From sequence record DRR723986_28680: 48,958 bases of DNA. The stretch is one strand, 5' to 3'. How positions within the stretch are numbered: position 1 is the first letter of the stretch; each line of letters begins with the position of its first letter. The position numbers and the translations under genes are program-made. This document shows positions 37,185 to 47,155 of this stretch, one piece after another. A model generated the notes under the pieces. The model worked only from the letters and a program-made list of their open reading frames with translations. It did no database searches and was not told the DNA's origin.

Positions 37185-37841
37185 TTAGTTGGAAATTCGA
37201 TACTTCCCTGTACCAAACCCTTTCAAAAACTCTGACCAAGAGGCCGGATTCAGCAGGTTATTTTGAGGACCTTGGCCTCTCGTGTATTGCTGCTGTAAAA
37301 ATTGTTGTTGATAGGCTGAATATGAAGAAGCGCCATCAGACTCAATCAGGGCGCCAACAAAAGCCATTTCTTGAGGCGTCAACCGTTCTCTAGCTCGTTT
37401 TAAATCATCATTAGGACTTTCCATATTGACAAAGGCATCAGCAAAAGCTTCTCTTGAAGGCCATGGATATACATCAACAGGTTCAGACATTATGGTATCA
37501 AACTTCATGATCTGCACCAAACTAAAAGCGTCTAGTGAAGTGGTGTCGGCAATAACGTATGTTTTCTTTTTGAATCCCAAACAACTAAATTCAATTGTAT
37601 CTCCTGGGTGAACTACTAAGGCATAATACCCAAAATAATCTGCGATTACTCCTCTTCTTGTTGTAATGTCTACAATCTTAGCAAAAGGTATACGACTCAT
37701 ACTATCAGTAATGACAATTCCGGTCATTTGAATGTATTTGGCTGTATCTCGATTCGCCTTGTTAACATTATTTTGACTAAACGCAATACTCGAGCTGAAT
37801 AGCATTATTAGAATCAGGGTGTTTTTAAACATTCTTTGCAT
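37185..37841 (-). CDS. Secreted carboxypeptidase-regulatory-like domain protein
   Basis: Signal peptide (FS-Q), IPFA.I, G...D..GYY, GDTIEFSCLGFK, YPWPS..AF; start at ATG 37841 or 37832. Confidence 0.8.
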   Translation of the reverse strand: MQRMFKNTLILIMLFSSSIAFSQNNVNKANRDTAKYIQMTGIVITDSMSRIPFAKIVDITTRRGVIADYFGYYALVVHPGDTIEFSCLGFKKKTYVIADTTSLDAFSLVQIMKFDTIMSEPVDVYPWPSREAFADAFVNMESPNDDLKRARERLTPQEMAFVGALIESDGASSYSAYQQQFLQQQYTRGQGPQNNLLNPASWSEFLKGFGTGKYRISN

Positions 37842-37948
37842 TGGTACAAATATCCTTATTCTACTAGAGCTAACAAAACTATTTAACAAAAATTAGAAAT
37901 GATTTCGCATTCTATTGATTTATATAGGTGTTTCAAAATCCTTTTTAT

Positions 37949-37956
37949 TAACTTTG
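37949..37956 (+). promoter_or_regulatory. -7 element TAACTTTG for guaB
   Basis: Exact match 33 nt upstream of ATG 37990. Confidence 0.65.
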
Positions 37957-37989
37957 CGGGAATTTATAACAGAAATAAATTCAAAAAAG

Positions 37990-39459
37990 ATGAGTATCTC
38001 AGATCTTAAAAATGTCAAGGAAGGATTAACTTATGATGACGTACTTCTAGTACCAAGATACTCTGAAGTGCTGCCGCATCAAGTAAGTTTATCAACTCAA
38101 TTTAGTAGAAATATCCAACTCAACGCACCGATTGTTTCGGCAGCTATGGATACAGTTACTGAATCTAACTTGGCAATCGCCATAGCACAGCAAGGAGGAA
38201 TTGGTGTAGTTCATAAAAACATGTCGATAAAAGAGCAAGCTTTAGAAGTTCGAAAAGTGAAACGTTCAGAAAGCGGTATGATTATAGACCCAGTAACCAT
38301 TTCAGCTGATGCAAGAGTGAAAGATGCCTTAGACCTGATGGAAGAAAATTCAATCGGTGGAATACCTGTGGTTGATGACAACAAGGTGCTTTTAGGTATC
38401 GTTACCAATAGAGATTTACGTTTCGAAAAAGAAATCAATCGTCCTATTGTTGAAGTAATGACCTCAGACAATGTAATTACAGCAAAGCAAGGAACTACCT
38501 TGACAGGAGCTGAGCAAATTCTTCAAGAGTATAAAATTGAAAAACTACCGGTAGTTGATGACAATAATAAACTGATTGGCTTAATTACTTTTAGAGATAT
38601 CATTAAAGTAAAGGAACATCCATTTTCATGTAAAGATACATTTGGACGCTTGAGAGTAGCGGCAGCAGTAGGTGTTACTAATGATACTATAGAACGAGTG
38701 GATGCACTCGTTGAAGCAGGTGTTGATGCCATCATAATTGATACTGCGCATGGGCACACACAGGGTGTTGTAACGAAATTAAAAGAGATTAAAGCCAAGC
38801 ACAATGTAGATGTAATTGTTGGAAATATTGCCACACCTGAAGCTGCAAAATTCTTGGTAGATGCCGGAGCTGACGCCGTTAAAGTTGGAATTGGACCTGG
38901 ATCAATTTGTACCACTAGGATTATTGCTGGAGTTGGAGTTCCTCAATTATCTGCTGTTAATGATGTAGCTCTAGCCCTTGAAGGTTCTGGAGTTCCTGTT
39001 ATCGCAGATGGAGGAATTAGATATACCGGAGATTTCGTAAAAGCCATTGCCGCTGGAGCTGATTCTATAATGGTTGGTTCAATGTTTGCAGGGGTAAAAG
39101 AAAGTCCTGGTGAAACAATCATTTTCCAAGGACGAAAATTTAAGGCATATAGAGGAATGGGATCGGTAGAGGCTATGCAAAAAGGATCGAAAGACAGATA
39201 TTTTCAAGCTGGCGAATCAGACGATAAAAAATTAGTACCTGAAGGAATATCGGGAAGAGTGCCTTATAAAGGAAATTTAGAAGAAATGATGCATCAAATT
39301 ATAGGTGGCATTAGAGCAGGTATGGGATATTGCGGGGCGGCAGACATTGCCAACCTTAAGGGAGCCCCTTTCGTTAGGATTTCTAGTGCAGGAGTTTTAG
39401 AAAGTCATCCGCATGATGTTGCTATTACAAGAGAAGCACCTAATTACAGTAAAAAATAA
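37990..39459 (+). CDS. guaB: IMP dehydrogenase
   Basis: [19 protein letters not shown], two CBS domains, [19 protein letters not shown]; start moved to ATG 37990. Confidence 0.98.
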   Translation: MSISDLKNVKEGLTYDDVLLVPRYSEVLPHQVSLSTQFSRNIQLNAPIVSAAMDTVTESNLAIAIAQQGGIGVVHKNMSIKEQALEVRKVKRSESGMIIDPVTISADARVKDALDLMEENSIGGIPVVDDNKVLLGIVTNRDLRFEKEINRPIVEVMTSDNVITAKQGTTLTGAEQILQEYKIEKLPVVDDNNKLIGLITFRDIIKVKEHPFSCKDTFGRLRVAAAVGVTNDTIERVDALVEAGVDAIIIDTAHGHTQGVVTKLKEIKAKHNVDVIVGNIATPEAAKFLVDAGADAVKVGIGPGSICTTRIIAGVGVPQLSAVNDVALALEGSGVPVIADGGIRYTGDFVKAIAAGADSIMVGSMFAGVKESPGETIIFQGRKFKAYRGMGSVEAMQKGSKDRYFQAGESDDKKLVPEGISGRVPYKGNLEEMMHQIIGGIRAGMGYCGAADIANLKGAPFVRISSAGVLESHPHDVAITREAPNYSKK

Positions 39460-39467
39460 ACGTACAA

Positions 39468-41447
39468 ATGAAGAAAATACAATTATTACTAGTTGGATTA
39501 TTACTTACAGTGAGCTCTTTCGCTCACGAAGATGAAAAAGACCCAATCGTATTAACTATTGACGGGCAGGGCATTCATAAATCGGAATTTTTGTACATCT
39601 ACACAAAAAACAATCCGAATCCTTCATTTAAATCAGAAGATTTAGATGAATATATGGAGCTATTTATCAATTATAAACTTAAGGTAAAAGAAGCTGAAAA
39701 GTTAGGGTACGACACCATCCCAAAACTTACAACTGAATTAGCTACATACAGAAAGCAGCTATCACAACCTTACATGGTTGATAAAAACAAGAATGAAAAA
39801 TTAATTAAAGAGGCTTACGACCGCACCACTTCTGAAGTGAGAGCAAGTCATATTCTCATTCGTTTAATCGGATCACCGACTCCTGTTGACACGCTCAAGG
39901 CTTACAATAAGTGCTTGGAACTTAAAAAGAGAATTGATGCTGGAGAAGATTTTGGAGAAGTTGCCAAAAGCTCTTCTGAAGATCCTTCGGCTAAAACTAA
40001 CTTAGGTGATTTGGGATATTTCTCGGCGCTTCAAATGGTTTACCCTTTCGAAGATGCAGCATTTAATGCTGAAGTGGGTGAAGTAGCCGGCCCGGTTCGA
40101 ACTAGATTTGGATATCATTTAATCAAAGTAGTTGATAAAAGACAAGCACAAGGCCGCATCAAAGCTGCTCACATTATGATTTTGGCAAATACTGAAACCA
40201 GCGAAGCAGACAAAGAAATTGCCAAAGAAAAAATCAATGAAATTTATGAATTGCTAAAGGCCGGTGAAGATTTTGCAGGTTTAGCAATGAAATACTCGGA
40301 TGACCAATCATCAAAAAACAAAGGTGGATTGCTACCAGAGTTTGGTGCAGGATCTAAACAAAGAATGGTTCCTGAATTTGAGGCTGCCGCATTCAGCATC
40401 AAAAATGACGGTGAATTTTCTGAACCAATAAGAACTCCTTACGGCTGGCATATAATCAAGCGAATTGAAATGACTCCGGTTGCTTCATATGAAGATATGT
40501 ACAGAGAGCTTAAACTGAAAGTTGAAAAAGACATGAGAGCGCAAACTACAAAAAATGCGTTTTTAGATAACTTAAAAAAAGAATACAACTACTCTGAAAA
40601 AGATGCGAATAAATGTTTGGCATACTTTAAGGATGTTTCTAAAAAAGAATTCACAGATAACACTTGGAAAGGTCTTGAAGATAAATCTCATCACGAAGAA
40701 GTGATGTTCTCTTTTAAAGACCAGTTTTACACGGTTGCTGATTTTGAAGCCTTTTTATTAGGAATGAGAACATCATCAATTAACATACCTATGACAGAAT
40801 TCATGAGAGCTCAATTTGATGGTTGGACGAGAAAAACCTTGATGAGTTATGAAGATGGACAATTAGAGTCTAAATATCCAGAATTTAAATCATTGATTCA
40901 AGAATACAGAGACGGTATCCTAGTTTTTGAAATCATGCAAAATGAGATTTGGACAAAGGCCTCTAAAGACTCTGTTGGAATTTTAAAGTATTACGAAGCG
41001 CATAAAAATGACTTCACTTATCCGATAAGATATGACGGTGAGTTATACAAATGCAAAGACAAAGCAACTGCTGCTTTGGTTACTGGGTATATTAAAACTG
41101 ATACCATGACTTATGGTCAAATTCAAGAATTAGTGAATCAAAACTCGCAATTGAACTTAACGGTTAAAAAACACATTTTCAATTCTGAAACTACTGAAGC
41201 TTTCAAAAAAGGAAAGAAAATCAGAAAATTCAAAAAAGGTGTGAACAAGACTTTTGTTAAGAATGACGAATATTACGTTTTCAAGGTAAACGAAGTACTA
41301 CAACCTAGAAACAGAGAGTTCAAAGAAGCGAAAGGATTAGTTACTGCTGCTTACCAAAATCAACTGGAAAAAGAGTGGTTAGCAAAACTAAGAAGTTCAC
41401 ATAAAATTGAAATTCACCATGATGCGCTTTACGCCGTAGGTGATTAA
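39468..41447 (+). CDS. SurA-like periplasmic chaperone with two parvulin domains
   Basis: Signal peptide; ASHILI..GDLGYF..FEDAAF..FGYHLIK; AAHIMI..YGWHIIK. Confidence 0.9.
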   Translation: MKKIQLLLVGLLLTVSSFAHEDEKDPIVLTIDGQGIHKSEFLYIYTKNNPNPSFKSEDLDEYMELFINYKLKVKEAEKLGYDTIPKLTTELATYRKQLSQPYMVDKNKNEKLIKEAYDRTTSEVRASHILIRLIGSPTPVDTLKAYNKCLELKKRIDAGEDFGEVAKSSSEDPSAKTNLGDLGYFSALQMVYPFEDAAFNAEVGEVAGPVRTRFGYHLIKVVDKRQAQGRIKAAHIMILANTETSEADKEIAKEKINEIYELLKAGEDFAGLAMKYSDDQSSKNKGGLLPEFGAGSKQRMVPEFEAAAFSIKNDGEFSEPIRTPYGWHIIKRIEMTPVASYEDMYRELKLKVEKDMRAQTTKNAFLDNLKKEYNYSEKDANKCLAYFKDVSKKEFTDNTWKGLEDKSHHEEVMFSFKDQFYTVADFEAFLLGMRTSSINIPMTEFMRAQFDGWTRKTLMSYEDGQLESKYPEFKSLIQEYRDGILVFEIMQNEIWTKASKDSVGILKYYEAHKNDFTYPIRYDGELYKCKDKATAALVTGYIKTDTMTYGQIQELVNQNSQLNLTVKKHIFNSETTEAFKKGKKIRKFKKGVNKTFVKNDEYYVFKVNEVLQPRNREFKEAKGLVTAAYQNQLEKEWLAKLRSSHKIEIHHDALYAVGD

Positions 41448-41471
41448 ATAATAATTATTGTTAAAGAAATT

Positions 41472-41508
41472 AAGCCAAATCAGTGCCTCTCATTGATTTG
41501 GCTTTTTT
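41472..41508 (+). terminator. Intrinsic terminator
   Basis: AAGCCAAATCAGTG-CCTCT-CATTGATTTGGCTT plus T run. Confidence 0.85.
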
Positions 41509-41513
41509 ATATC

Positions 41514-41521
41514 TATTTTTG
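41514..41521 (+). promoter_or_regulatory. -7 element TATTTTTG, 6 nt before ATG
   Basis: Exact match directly after the terminator. Confidence 0.6.
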
Positions 41522-41527
41522 ATTTGA

Positions 41528-42364
41528 ATGCATAAATACTTTTTAGTCATAGTGACCGCTTTGAGCATATTCAGCTGTTCTTCAAAAGAGGATAAAGGCA
41601 AACTCATTGCTAAGGTTTATGATGAAGAGTTATATGATTCTGACATTGAGTGGATTTTAAAACAAACCCCAAAAGCAGACAGTGCAGAGGTTGCAGAAAA
41701 CACCATTCAAGATTGGATAAATGATCAGATACTGGTTCATGAAGCCGCTAAAGATGAGGCGATCAATCAGGATGAAATCAATCGTAAAGTCGAGAATTTT
41801 AAAAACGATTTGATGATCATGCAATTGGAACAAAAGCTAGTGAACGAGCAACTTGACACAGTGGTTTCGCAGCAAGAAATTCAGACTTATTACAACGAAC
41901 ATCAAGCAGATTTTCAATTAAATGATTATTTGGTAAAAGTACTCTACTTAAAAATTCCAGTTGATGCTCCAGATATCGATAAAATCGCAAAACAATACAA
42001 ATTATACAACCCAACAGATATAGAAGAGATTGAAATTTACGCCAAAATCTATGCAAGTAACTTTTATTATGACGAAGAAAAATGGATCTACTTTGATGAT
42101 TTATTAAAAGAGGTACCTTTGCAGGACATTAATAAAGACCGTTTTATAATGAAACGCTCTAAAACGCGTTTTGAAGAGGGCGGGTTTTATTACTTTTTAA
42201 ATGTAATTGACTATAAATTGAAAAACTCAACTTCGCCCATGAGTTTTGAAAGTCAAAACATAAAAGAGAGAATAATTAATATGAGGGTGAAGGATTTAAG
42301 AGAGAAAATTAAACAAGATATTATTTCAAAAGCATATGATGACAAAGCCATTACACGCTATTAA
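41528..42364 (+). CDS. PrsA/SurA-like lipoprotein chaperone
   Basis: Lipobox FSC; IAKV....LY..D, EIQTYY..H; lies between two SurA homologues. Confidence 0.75.
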   Translation: MHKYFLVIVTALSIFSCSSKEDKGKLIAKVYDEELYDSDIEWILKQTPKADSAEVAENTIQDWINDQILVHEAAKDEAINQDEINRKVENFKNDLMIMQLEQKLVNEQLDTVVSQQEIQTYYNEHQADFQLNDYLVKVLYLKIPVDAPDIDKIAKQYKLYNPTDIEEIEIYAKIYASNFYYDEEKWIYFDDLLKEVPLQDINKDRFIMKRSKTRFEEGGFYYFLNVIDYKLKNSTSPMSFESQNIKERIINMRVKDLREKIKQDIISKAYDDKAITRY

Positions 42365-43727
42365 ACTATTAGCTCTTACATTTTGCTTTTCGGCAATTTG
42401 TTCGGTGAATCTTTCATTTGGACAAGGAAAAGTATTGGATAAAATCATTGCTAAAATCGGTGACGAGTATATTCTTCTATCTGATATAGAAAATCAAAAA
42501 TTATCAATGCAGCAAAATGGCATGGACGTATCATCTGCTTCTGATTGCGACATCATTGAAGGATTGATGTACGAGAAACTATTGACCAATCAGGCTGTTT
42601 TAGATAGTATTGAAGTAAAGGATGAAGTGGTGAATCAAGAAATGGAAAGCCGTTTGAGAATTATTGCGGATCAAATTGGGAGTATTGAGCGGCTAGAAGA
42701 GTTTTATGGCAAGTCGGTAGCGCAAATTAAAGCCGAATTCTTTGACGTGATCAAGAAAAGAATGCAGGCTGAGCGCATGAAAGAATCAATTACTGAAGGC
42801 GTTGACGTGACCCCAAAAGAAGTGAAAGAGTTTTACGAAAGATTACCAAAGGATAGCATACCTTATATCAACTCAAAAATCACAGTCGCCCAAATTGTGA
42901 TGTATCCAAAGGTCACTGAACTTGATAAAAAAGTAGCGCTTCAAACTATTACAGAGGCATTAGAGCGCGTTCAAAGTGGTGAAAGATCATTTCAAACTGA
43001 AGCTGTATTGACATCTGATGACCCAGGATCGAAGTTAGAAGGTGGGAATTTAGGTTGGCAATCGAGAGGAACCATGGTTCCCGAGTTTGAGGCAGAATTA
43101 TTCAAATTAAAAAAAGACGAAATATCTCCAATTTTTGAAACACAATACGGTTATCATTTTCTTCAATTATTGAACCGTAAAGGAGACAATTATGAAGTAA
43201 GGCATATACTGGTTACACCAAAGGTGGACAAAAAGGCCCTGGTAAAAGCTAAGCAAAGAATTGATAGTATCTATGCCGAAATTCAGAAAGGGACAATCAC
43301 TTTTAATGAAGCAGCTAACCAATTCAGTGAAGATGAAAATTCGAGCGGTAATGGAGGAAAAATTGTAAACCCATATACCGGAGATTATAAATGGGATTTA
43401 CAAAACATCAATGAAATAGATCCTCAGATGTCACAGTTTATTGGGAGATTAGAACCAGGAGATTGTGCGCCACCATCTCTGTACGATAACTTCATGGAAC
43501 AAAAACAAGGTGTTAGAATTGTTAAGTTGTTGAGCCAAACTAAACCTCACTTAGCGAATTTGACAGAGGATTATCAATTAATTCAAATGGCCGCCATGAA
43601 CGAGAAAAAACAAAAAGTGATTGATGCATGGGTGCGCAGAAAAATTTCAGGAAACTACGTTTGGATGGAAGAAGAATTGGTAGGACGTTGTGAATTCAAA
43701 TACGAATGGGTGCGCAAAGGCAGCTAA
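42336..43727 (+). CDS. surA: SurA-family peptidyl-prolyl isomerase
   Basis: LDKIIAKIG..ILLSDI; SDDPGS..GGNLG..MVPEFE..TQYGYH; VRHIL. Confidence 0.85.
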   Translation: MMTKPLHAIKLLALTFCFSAICSVNLSFGQGKVLDKIIAKIGDEYILLSDIENQKLSMQQNGMDVSSASDCDIIEGLMYEKLLTNQAVLDSIEVKDEVVNQEMESRLRIIADQIGSIERLEEFYGKSVAQIKAEFFDVIKKRMQAERMKESITEGVDVTPKEVKEFYERLPKDSIPYINSKITVAQIVMYPKVTELDKKVALQTITEALERVQSGERSFQTEAVLTSDDPGSKLEGGNLGWQSRGTMVPEFEAELFKLKKDEISPIFETQYGYHFLQLLNRKGDNYEVRHILVTPKVDKKALVKAKQRIDSIYAEIQKGTITFNEAANQFSEDENSSGNGGKIVNPYTGDYKWDLQNINEIDPQMSQFIGRLEPGDCAPPSLYDNFMEQKQGVRIVKLLSQTKPHLANLTEDYQLIQMAAMNEKKQKVIDAWVRRKISGNYVWMEEELVGRCEFKYEWVRKGS

Positions 43728-43756
43728 TTGATCAAAAACTCTATCTTTAACGATAG

Positions 43757-45091
43757 ATGTATTCAATACTTAAAATTTTATGTAAGCTCACCTTTTCTGC
43801 TTATTTCAGAAAAATAAAAGTGAGTGGTAAGGAACATATAAAGGGCAATGGGCCTTTTATTTTTGTGGCGAATCATCCATCAGCTTTCATGGACCCCATT
43901 GCCATTGCCATTTCAGTAAAAGAACCAGTTTACTTTTTAGCAGCTGGTGAATATATGGGCAAAGGAATCAAGTATAAATTCTTCAAACGCTTTTTGCACA
44001 TGATTCCGGTTTATCGACCAGATACCATGCCTGGAGAAACGCACAAAAATGCTGCAGCCTTTGAAAAATGTATTGACCATTTATCTACCAAAAGATCAAT
44101 TCTCGTTTTCCCTGAGGGCGTGAGTGTCACTGAGAAAAAAATCTTACCCTTAAAAACTGGGGTAGCCAGAATTGCAAGAGATACAGTATTAAGCGAAGGT
44201 GCTGAATTGAATTTACAGATTATTCCAATTGGATTAAACTACTCAGATCCGCACACATTTAGAAGTGACTTATTTATCAATATCGGTGAACCAATTATCG
44301 CAGCTGATTTTATAAGTCAACATGCTGAGGACGAGAAGCAAGAGGTGCGCGAATTGACACAGCACATTGAAAATCGAATGATTGATACCGTTCTGCATCA
44401 AGAAACATCTGATTTAGAAGATCTAATAGACAAAATCAATTCGACCTACACGAGAGATTTGAAATCAAAACTCGGTGTTGCTTTTAAAGATCAAGACCGA
44501 GAATTTGAACTGAATAAATTAACCATTTCGGTTGTCAAACATTTCAAAGAAGCACAACCCGAAGCCTATACTGAAATGACTGGATTAATTGATGATTACG
44601 TTCAGAGCATTGAGAACCAAGGTATCAAAGACAAAGAAATTAGAAAAGTAAACAACAAAGTTCCTTGGTACTTGACCTTAGGCTACATCATTGGAGCCCC
44701 ATTCTTCTTATTAGGATGGATTTGTAATTATTTACCCTATAAATTTAACGTGATCATTCAAAATAAACTAGGCTTTAAAGACAGCTTTAAAGGCTCAATG
44801 ATTTTAGGCTTTGGCTTGGGTCTCTTTTTAATTTGGTTTATTCTGTGGACGATTCTAGCCTGGACATTAACTCCTCTCTCCTACTTCAGTCTATTAATTC
44901 CAGTGGTTTTCTATTTAAGCGGAACATATGCTCTCCTCTACTTATCATCTATCAATTATATATTGAGAAGGATGAGATTAAGAAAGTTCTTAAAATCGAA
45001 TCCTCAAATAGCGGATGATTTGCTTTCTAAAAGGTTAAATTTAATCAAGCGATTTGAAGATTTCAGATCGAAGTTTGATCAATCCAACTAA
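43757..45091 (+). CDS. PlsC-like lysophospholipid acyltransferase with C-terminal TM helices
   Basis: NHPSAFMD (HX4D), IPVYR, FPEG, LKTGVAR. Confidence 0.9.
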   Translation: MYSILKILCKLTFSAYFRKIKVSGKEHIKGNGPFIFVANHPSAFMDPIAIAISVKEPVYFLAAGEYMGKGIKYKFFKRFLHMIPVYRPDTMPGETHKNAAAFEKCIDHLSTKRSILVFPEGVSVTEKKILPLKTGVARIARDTVLSEGAELNLQIIPIGLNYSDPHTFRSDLFINIGEPIIAADFISQHAEDEKQEVRELTQHIENRMIDTVLHQETSDLEDLIDKINSTYTRDLKSKLGVAFKDQDREFELNKLTISVVKHFKEAQPEAYTEMTGLIDDYVQSIENQGIKDKEIRKVNNKVPWYLTLGYIIGAPFFLLGWICNYLPYKFNVIIQNKLGFKDSFKGSMILGFGLGLFLIWFILWTILAWTLTPLSYFSLLIPVVFYLSGTYALLYLSSINYILRRMRLRKFLKSNPQIADDLLSKRLNLIKRFEDFRSKFDQSN

Positions 45092-45149
45092 AAATAAATA
45101 TTTTTTTTCCTAATCAAACCCCAGTAAAATCAATCACTTTGAAACAATA

Positions 45150-45230
45150 TGTAAAAAATTATATACATAAAGTATTGTTTATTTAACATCTTGTCATATA
45201 TTTGTGTCATCAAGTAAACATTTATTAACT
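45150..45230. promoter_or_regulatory. Four 18-bp pseudo-palindromic operators at 21-bp period, overlapping the -7 box TATATTTG (45197-45204)
   Basis: TGTAAA-N6-TATACA (45150), AGTATT-N6-TTAACA (45171), TGTCAT-N6-GTGTCA (45192), AGTAAA-N6-TTAACT (45213). Confidence 0.6.
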
Positions 45231-45243
45231 AAAAATACTGCTC

Positions 45244-45690
45244 ATGTCTTTACAAGAAAAAAAGGCCATTTTTAACATCATCAGTTCCATTCTTATCATG
45301 GGAGGCTATGTATATTACACTTTCGGTATTCATGCTGATGAAAATCTTCCCTTACAAAATGACGTTCAATTTTGGGCGCAATTCATCTTAACTTTTATGG
45401 TGGTCACCATCATCTTGAAAATTATTGCTCATATCATCTTCAGTATTGTTCTAGCCGGAATTCACAAAGATGAAGATCTTGACTTTATGGACGACTACGA
45501 CAAATTAATTGAAATGAAATCTGACCGAAATGGCAATTACTTTTTCATCATAGGTTTTATTTGTTCATTTATTCCGGTTGCCATGGGTGAGCCTGTTTAT
45601 TATATGTTCATCATTATGTTAACTTCGGGATTTATTGGAGGCACCCTAGGAGATTTATGGAAAATCTACTATTATAAAAGGGGGATATAA
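45244..45690 (+). CDS. Four-TM membrane protein, DUF2178-like
   Basis: DDYDKLIEMKS (DERD.LI-like), C-terminal YYKRG; TAATG-coupled to XRE gene. Confidence 0.7.
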   Translation: MSLQEKKAIFNIISSILIMGGYVYYTFGIHADENLPLQNDVQFWAQFILTFMVVTIILKIIAHIIFSIVLAGIHKDEDLDFMDDYDKLIEMKSDRNGNYFFIIGFICSFIPVAMGEPVYYMFIIMLTSGFIGGTLGDLWKIYYYKRGI

Positions 45691-45938
45691 TGAGTAAGGA
45701 TCATATTTCAAATAACATAAGAAAACTGCGTTTTTTCAAAGATGAAATGACCCAGCAAGCCTTGGCAGATGAAATTGGTGTCACGCGCCAAACCATTGTC
45801 GCCATTGAAAAAGGAAAATACTCACCCACTTTAGAAATTGCATATAGAATCGCTCATGTATTTAAAGTTGAATTGAACGAAGTATTCAGCTACGATTACA
45901 GTAAAGACAAATACAAAAAGCGGAACCAAAAGAAATAA
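45690..45938 (+). CDS. XRE-family (HTH_3) transcriptional regulator
   Basis: MTQQALADEIGVTRQTIVAIEKGKYSPTLEIA. Confidence 0.95.
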   Translation: MSKDHISNNIRKLRFFKDEMTQQALADEIGVTRQTIVAIEKGKYSPTLEIAYRIAHVFKVELNEVFSYDYSKDKYKKRNQKK

Positions 45939-45940
45939 TC

Positions 45941-46159
45941 ATGACCATTCACGTATTAAAAACTGACTTGAAATCTCTTCAAGTTGTGACTACTATTGCC
46001 CCAATCTTAGATTTGCATCCCCAAATTATTTCTTGGAATGTGGCGCATGAAGACATAGACAACATTTTAAGACTCGAGTCAAATAACGACTTAAACGAAG
46101 TCGAAATCATTTCGCTTTTAAACCATTACGGCATCCAAAGCGAGCCCTTAACTTATTAA
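45941..46159 (+). CDS. Small HMA/ferredoxin-like-fold protein lacking Cys
   Basis: VLKTD...WNV..EDIDNILRLE pattern; 2-nt gaps on both sides. Confidence 0.6.
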   Translation: MTIHVLKTDLKSLQVVTTIAPILDLHPQIISWNVAHEDIDNILRLESNNDLNEVEIISLLNHYGIQSEPLTY

Positions 46160-46161
46160 TT

Positions 46162-47115
46162 ATGAAAGCATTTATATTCAAAAAATACGGAGACTTTGAT
46201 TCAATAGAAATCATAGATAAAGAAATTCCAAGCCCCAAACCAAATGAGGTAATCGTCAAACAGAAATTCTCTTCGTTAAACGCTATGGAATGGCATTTAT
46301 TTAGAGGAGTGACTATGGTAAAATTAAAATTGGGTTGGAGTAAACCCAAAGATAAATACCAAACCATTGGAGCTGACATTTCTGGAGTGGTGACTCAAGT
46401 AGGTGATAAAGTCAGTAATTTAAAAATTGGAGATGAAGTATTTGGTGAGGATTTTACTGGGGCGTATGCTGAATATGTTGCAGCAGATGCAAAAGCACTA
46501 TATCATAAGCCGAAAGAAGTTAGTTTTGAACAGGCTGCGGCATCCCCGGTTGCTGGTCTCACCGCGCTGACCGGAATTAGAGAAATCTGTCAAATTAAAA
46601 AAGGAGATAAAGTATTGATTAACGGAGCATCTGGAGGAGTTGGTTCATATGCTGTCTTAATTGCCAAATATTATGGCGCAGAAGTAACTGCTGTTTGCAG
46701 TCAAAAGAACTTTGAGCACGTGAAGGAGCTAGGAGCAGATCAGCTCATAGATTATAATACAGAGGATTTTTGCACTCAGTCAAAAAAGTATGACGCTATT
46801 ATTGAGGTAGCCGGTAATCGCACACCTAAGGAAATCAAACCTTTATTAAATGAGGGAGGGAAATGTGCGGTAATTGGATTCACATCTGCTAAACACATTT
46901 TGAAGTATATGTTTTCTTTCTCCAGAAAAATAAAAATGGTCAATCAAATCGCTTCTCAAGATAATTTAAAAGAACTGGCTACCATTTTAGCATCAGGTAA
47001 AGCAGAAATGCCGATAACTGCCAGGTATAAATTAGCTGATATTAAAGATGGGATTAATGCCTTAAGCAGCAGGCGTACAGTTGGTAAAATGATTGTAGAA
47101 ATTGAAAACAAATAA
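46162..47115 (+). CDS. Zn-independent MDR-family NAD(P)-dependent oxidoreductase
   Basis: GADISGVV, GDEVFG, VLINGASGGVG, LGADQLIDY, GKMIV. Confidence 0.9.
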   Translation: MKAFIFKKYGDFDSIEIIDKEIPSPKPNEVIVKQKFSSLNAMEWHLFRGVTMVKLKLGWSKPKDKYQTIGADISGVVTQVGDKVSNLKIGDEVFGEDFTGAYAEYVAADAKALYHKPKEVSFEQAAASPVAGLTALTGIREICQIKKGDKVLINGASGGVGSYAVLIAKYYGAEVTAVCSQKNFEHVKELGADQLIDYNTEDFCTQSKKYDAIIEVAGNRTPKEIKPLLNEGGKCAVIGFTSAKHILKYMFSFSRKIKMVNQIASQDNLKELATILASGKAEMPITARYKLADIKDGINALSSRRTVGKMIVEIENK

Positions 47116-47155
47116 AAGCCAGAGATACTTTTAAAGAATTTTTATATTTATCATC

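Noticed and set aside
37915..37989. N-terminal extensions called for guaB (also recF, GT4 at 9159, 36707, 37889, 35269, 4535)
   Set aside because: The extensions run through promoter boxes or the neighbouring gene; downstream ATGs give family-typical N-termini.
37990..43727. guaB followed by three SurA/PrsA-like chaperones as a novel system
   Set aside because: This is ordinary conserved Bacteroidota synteny.
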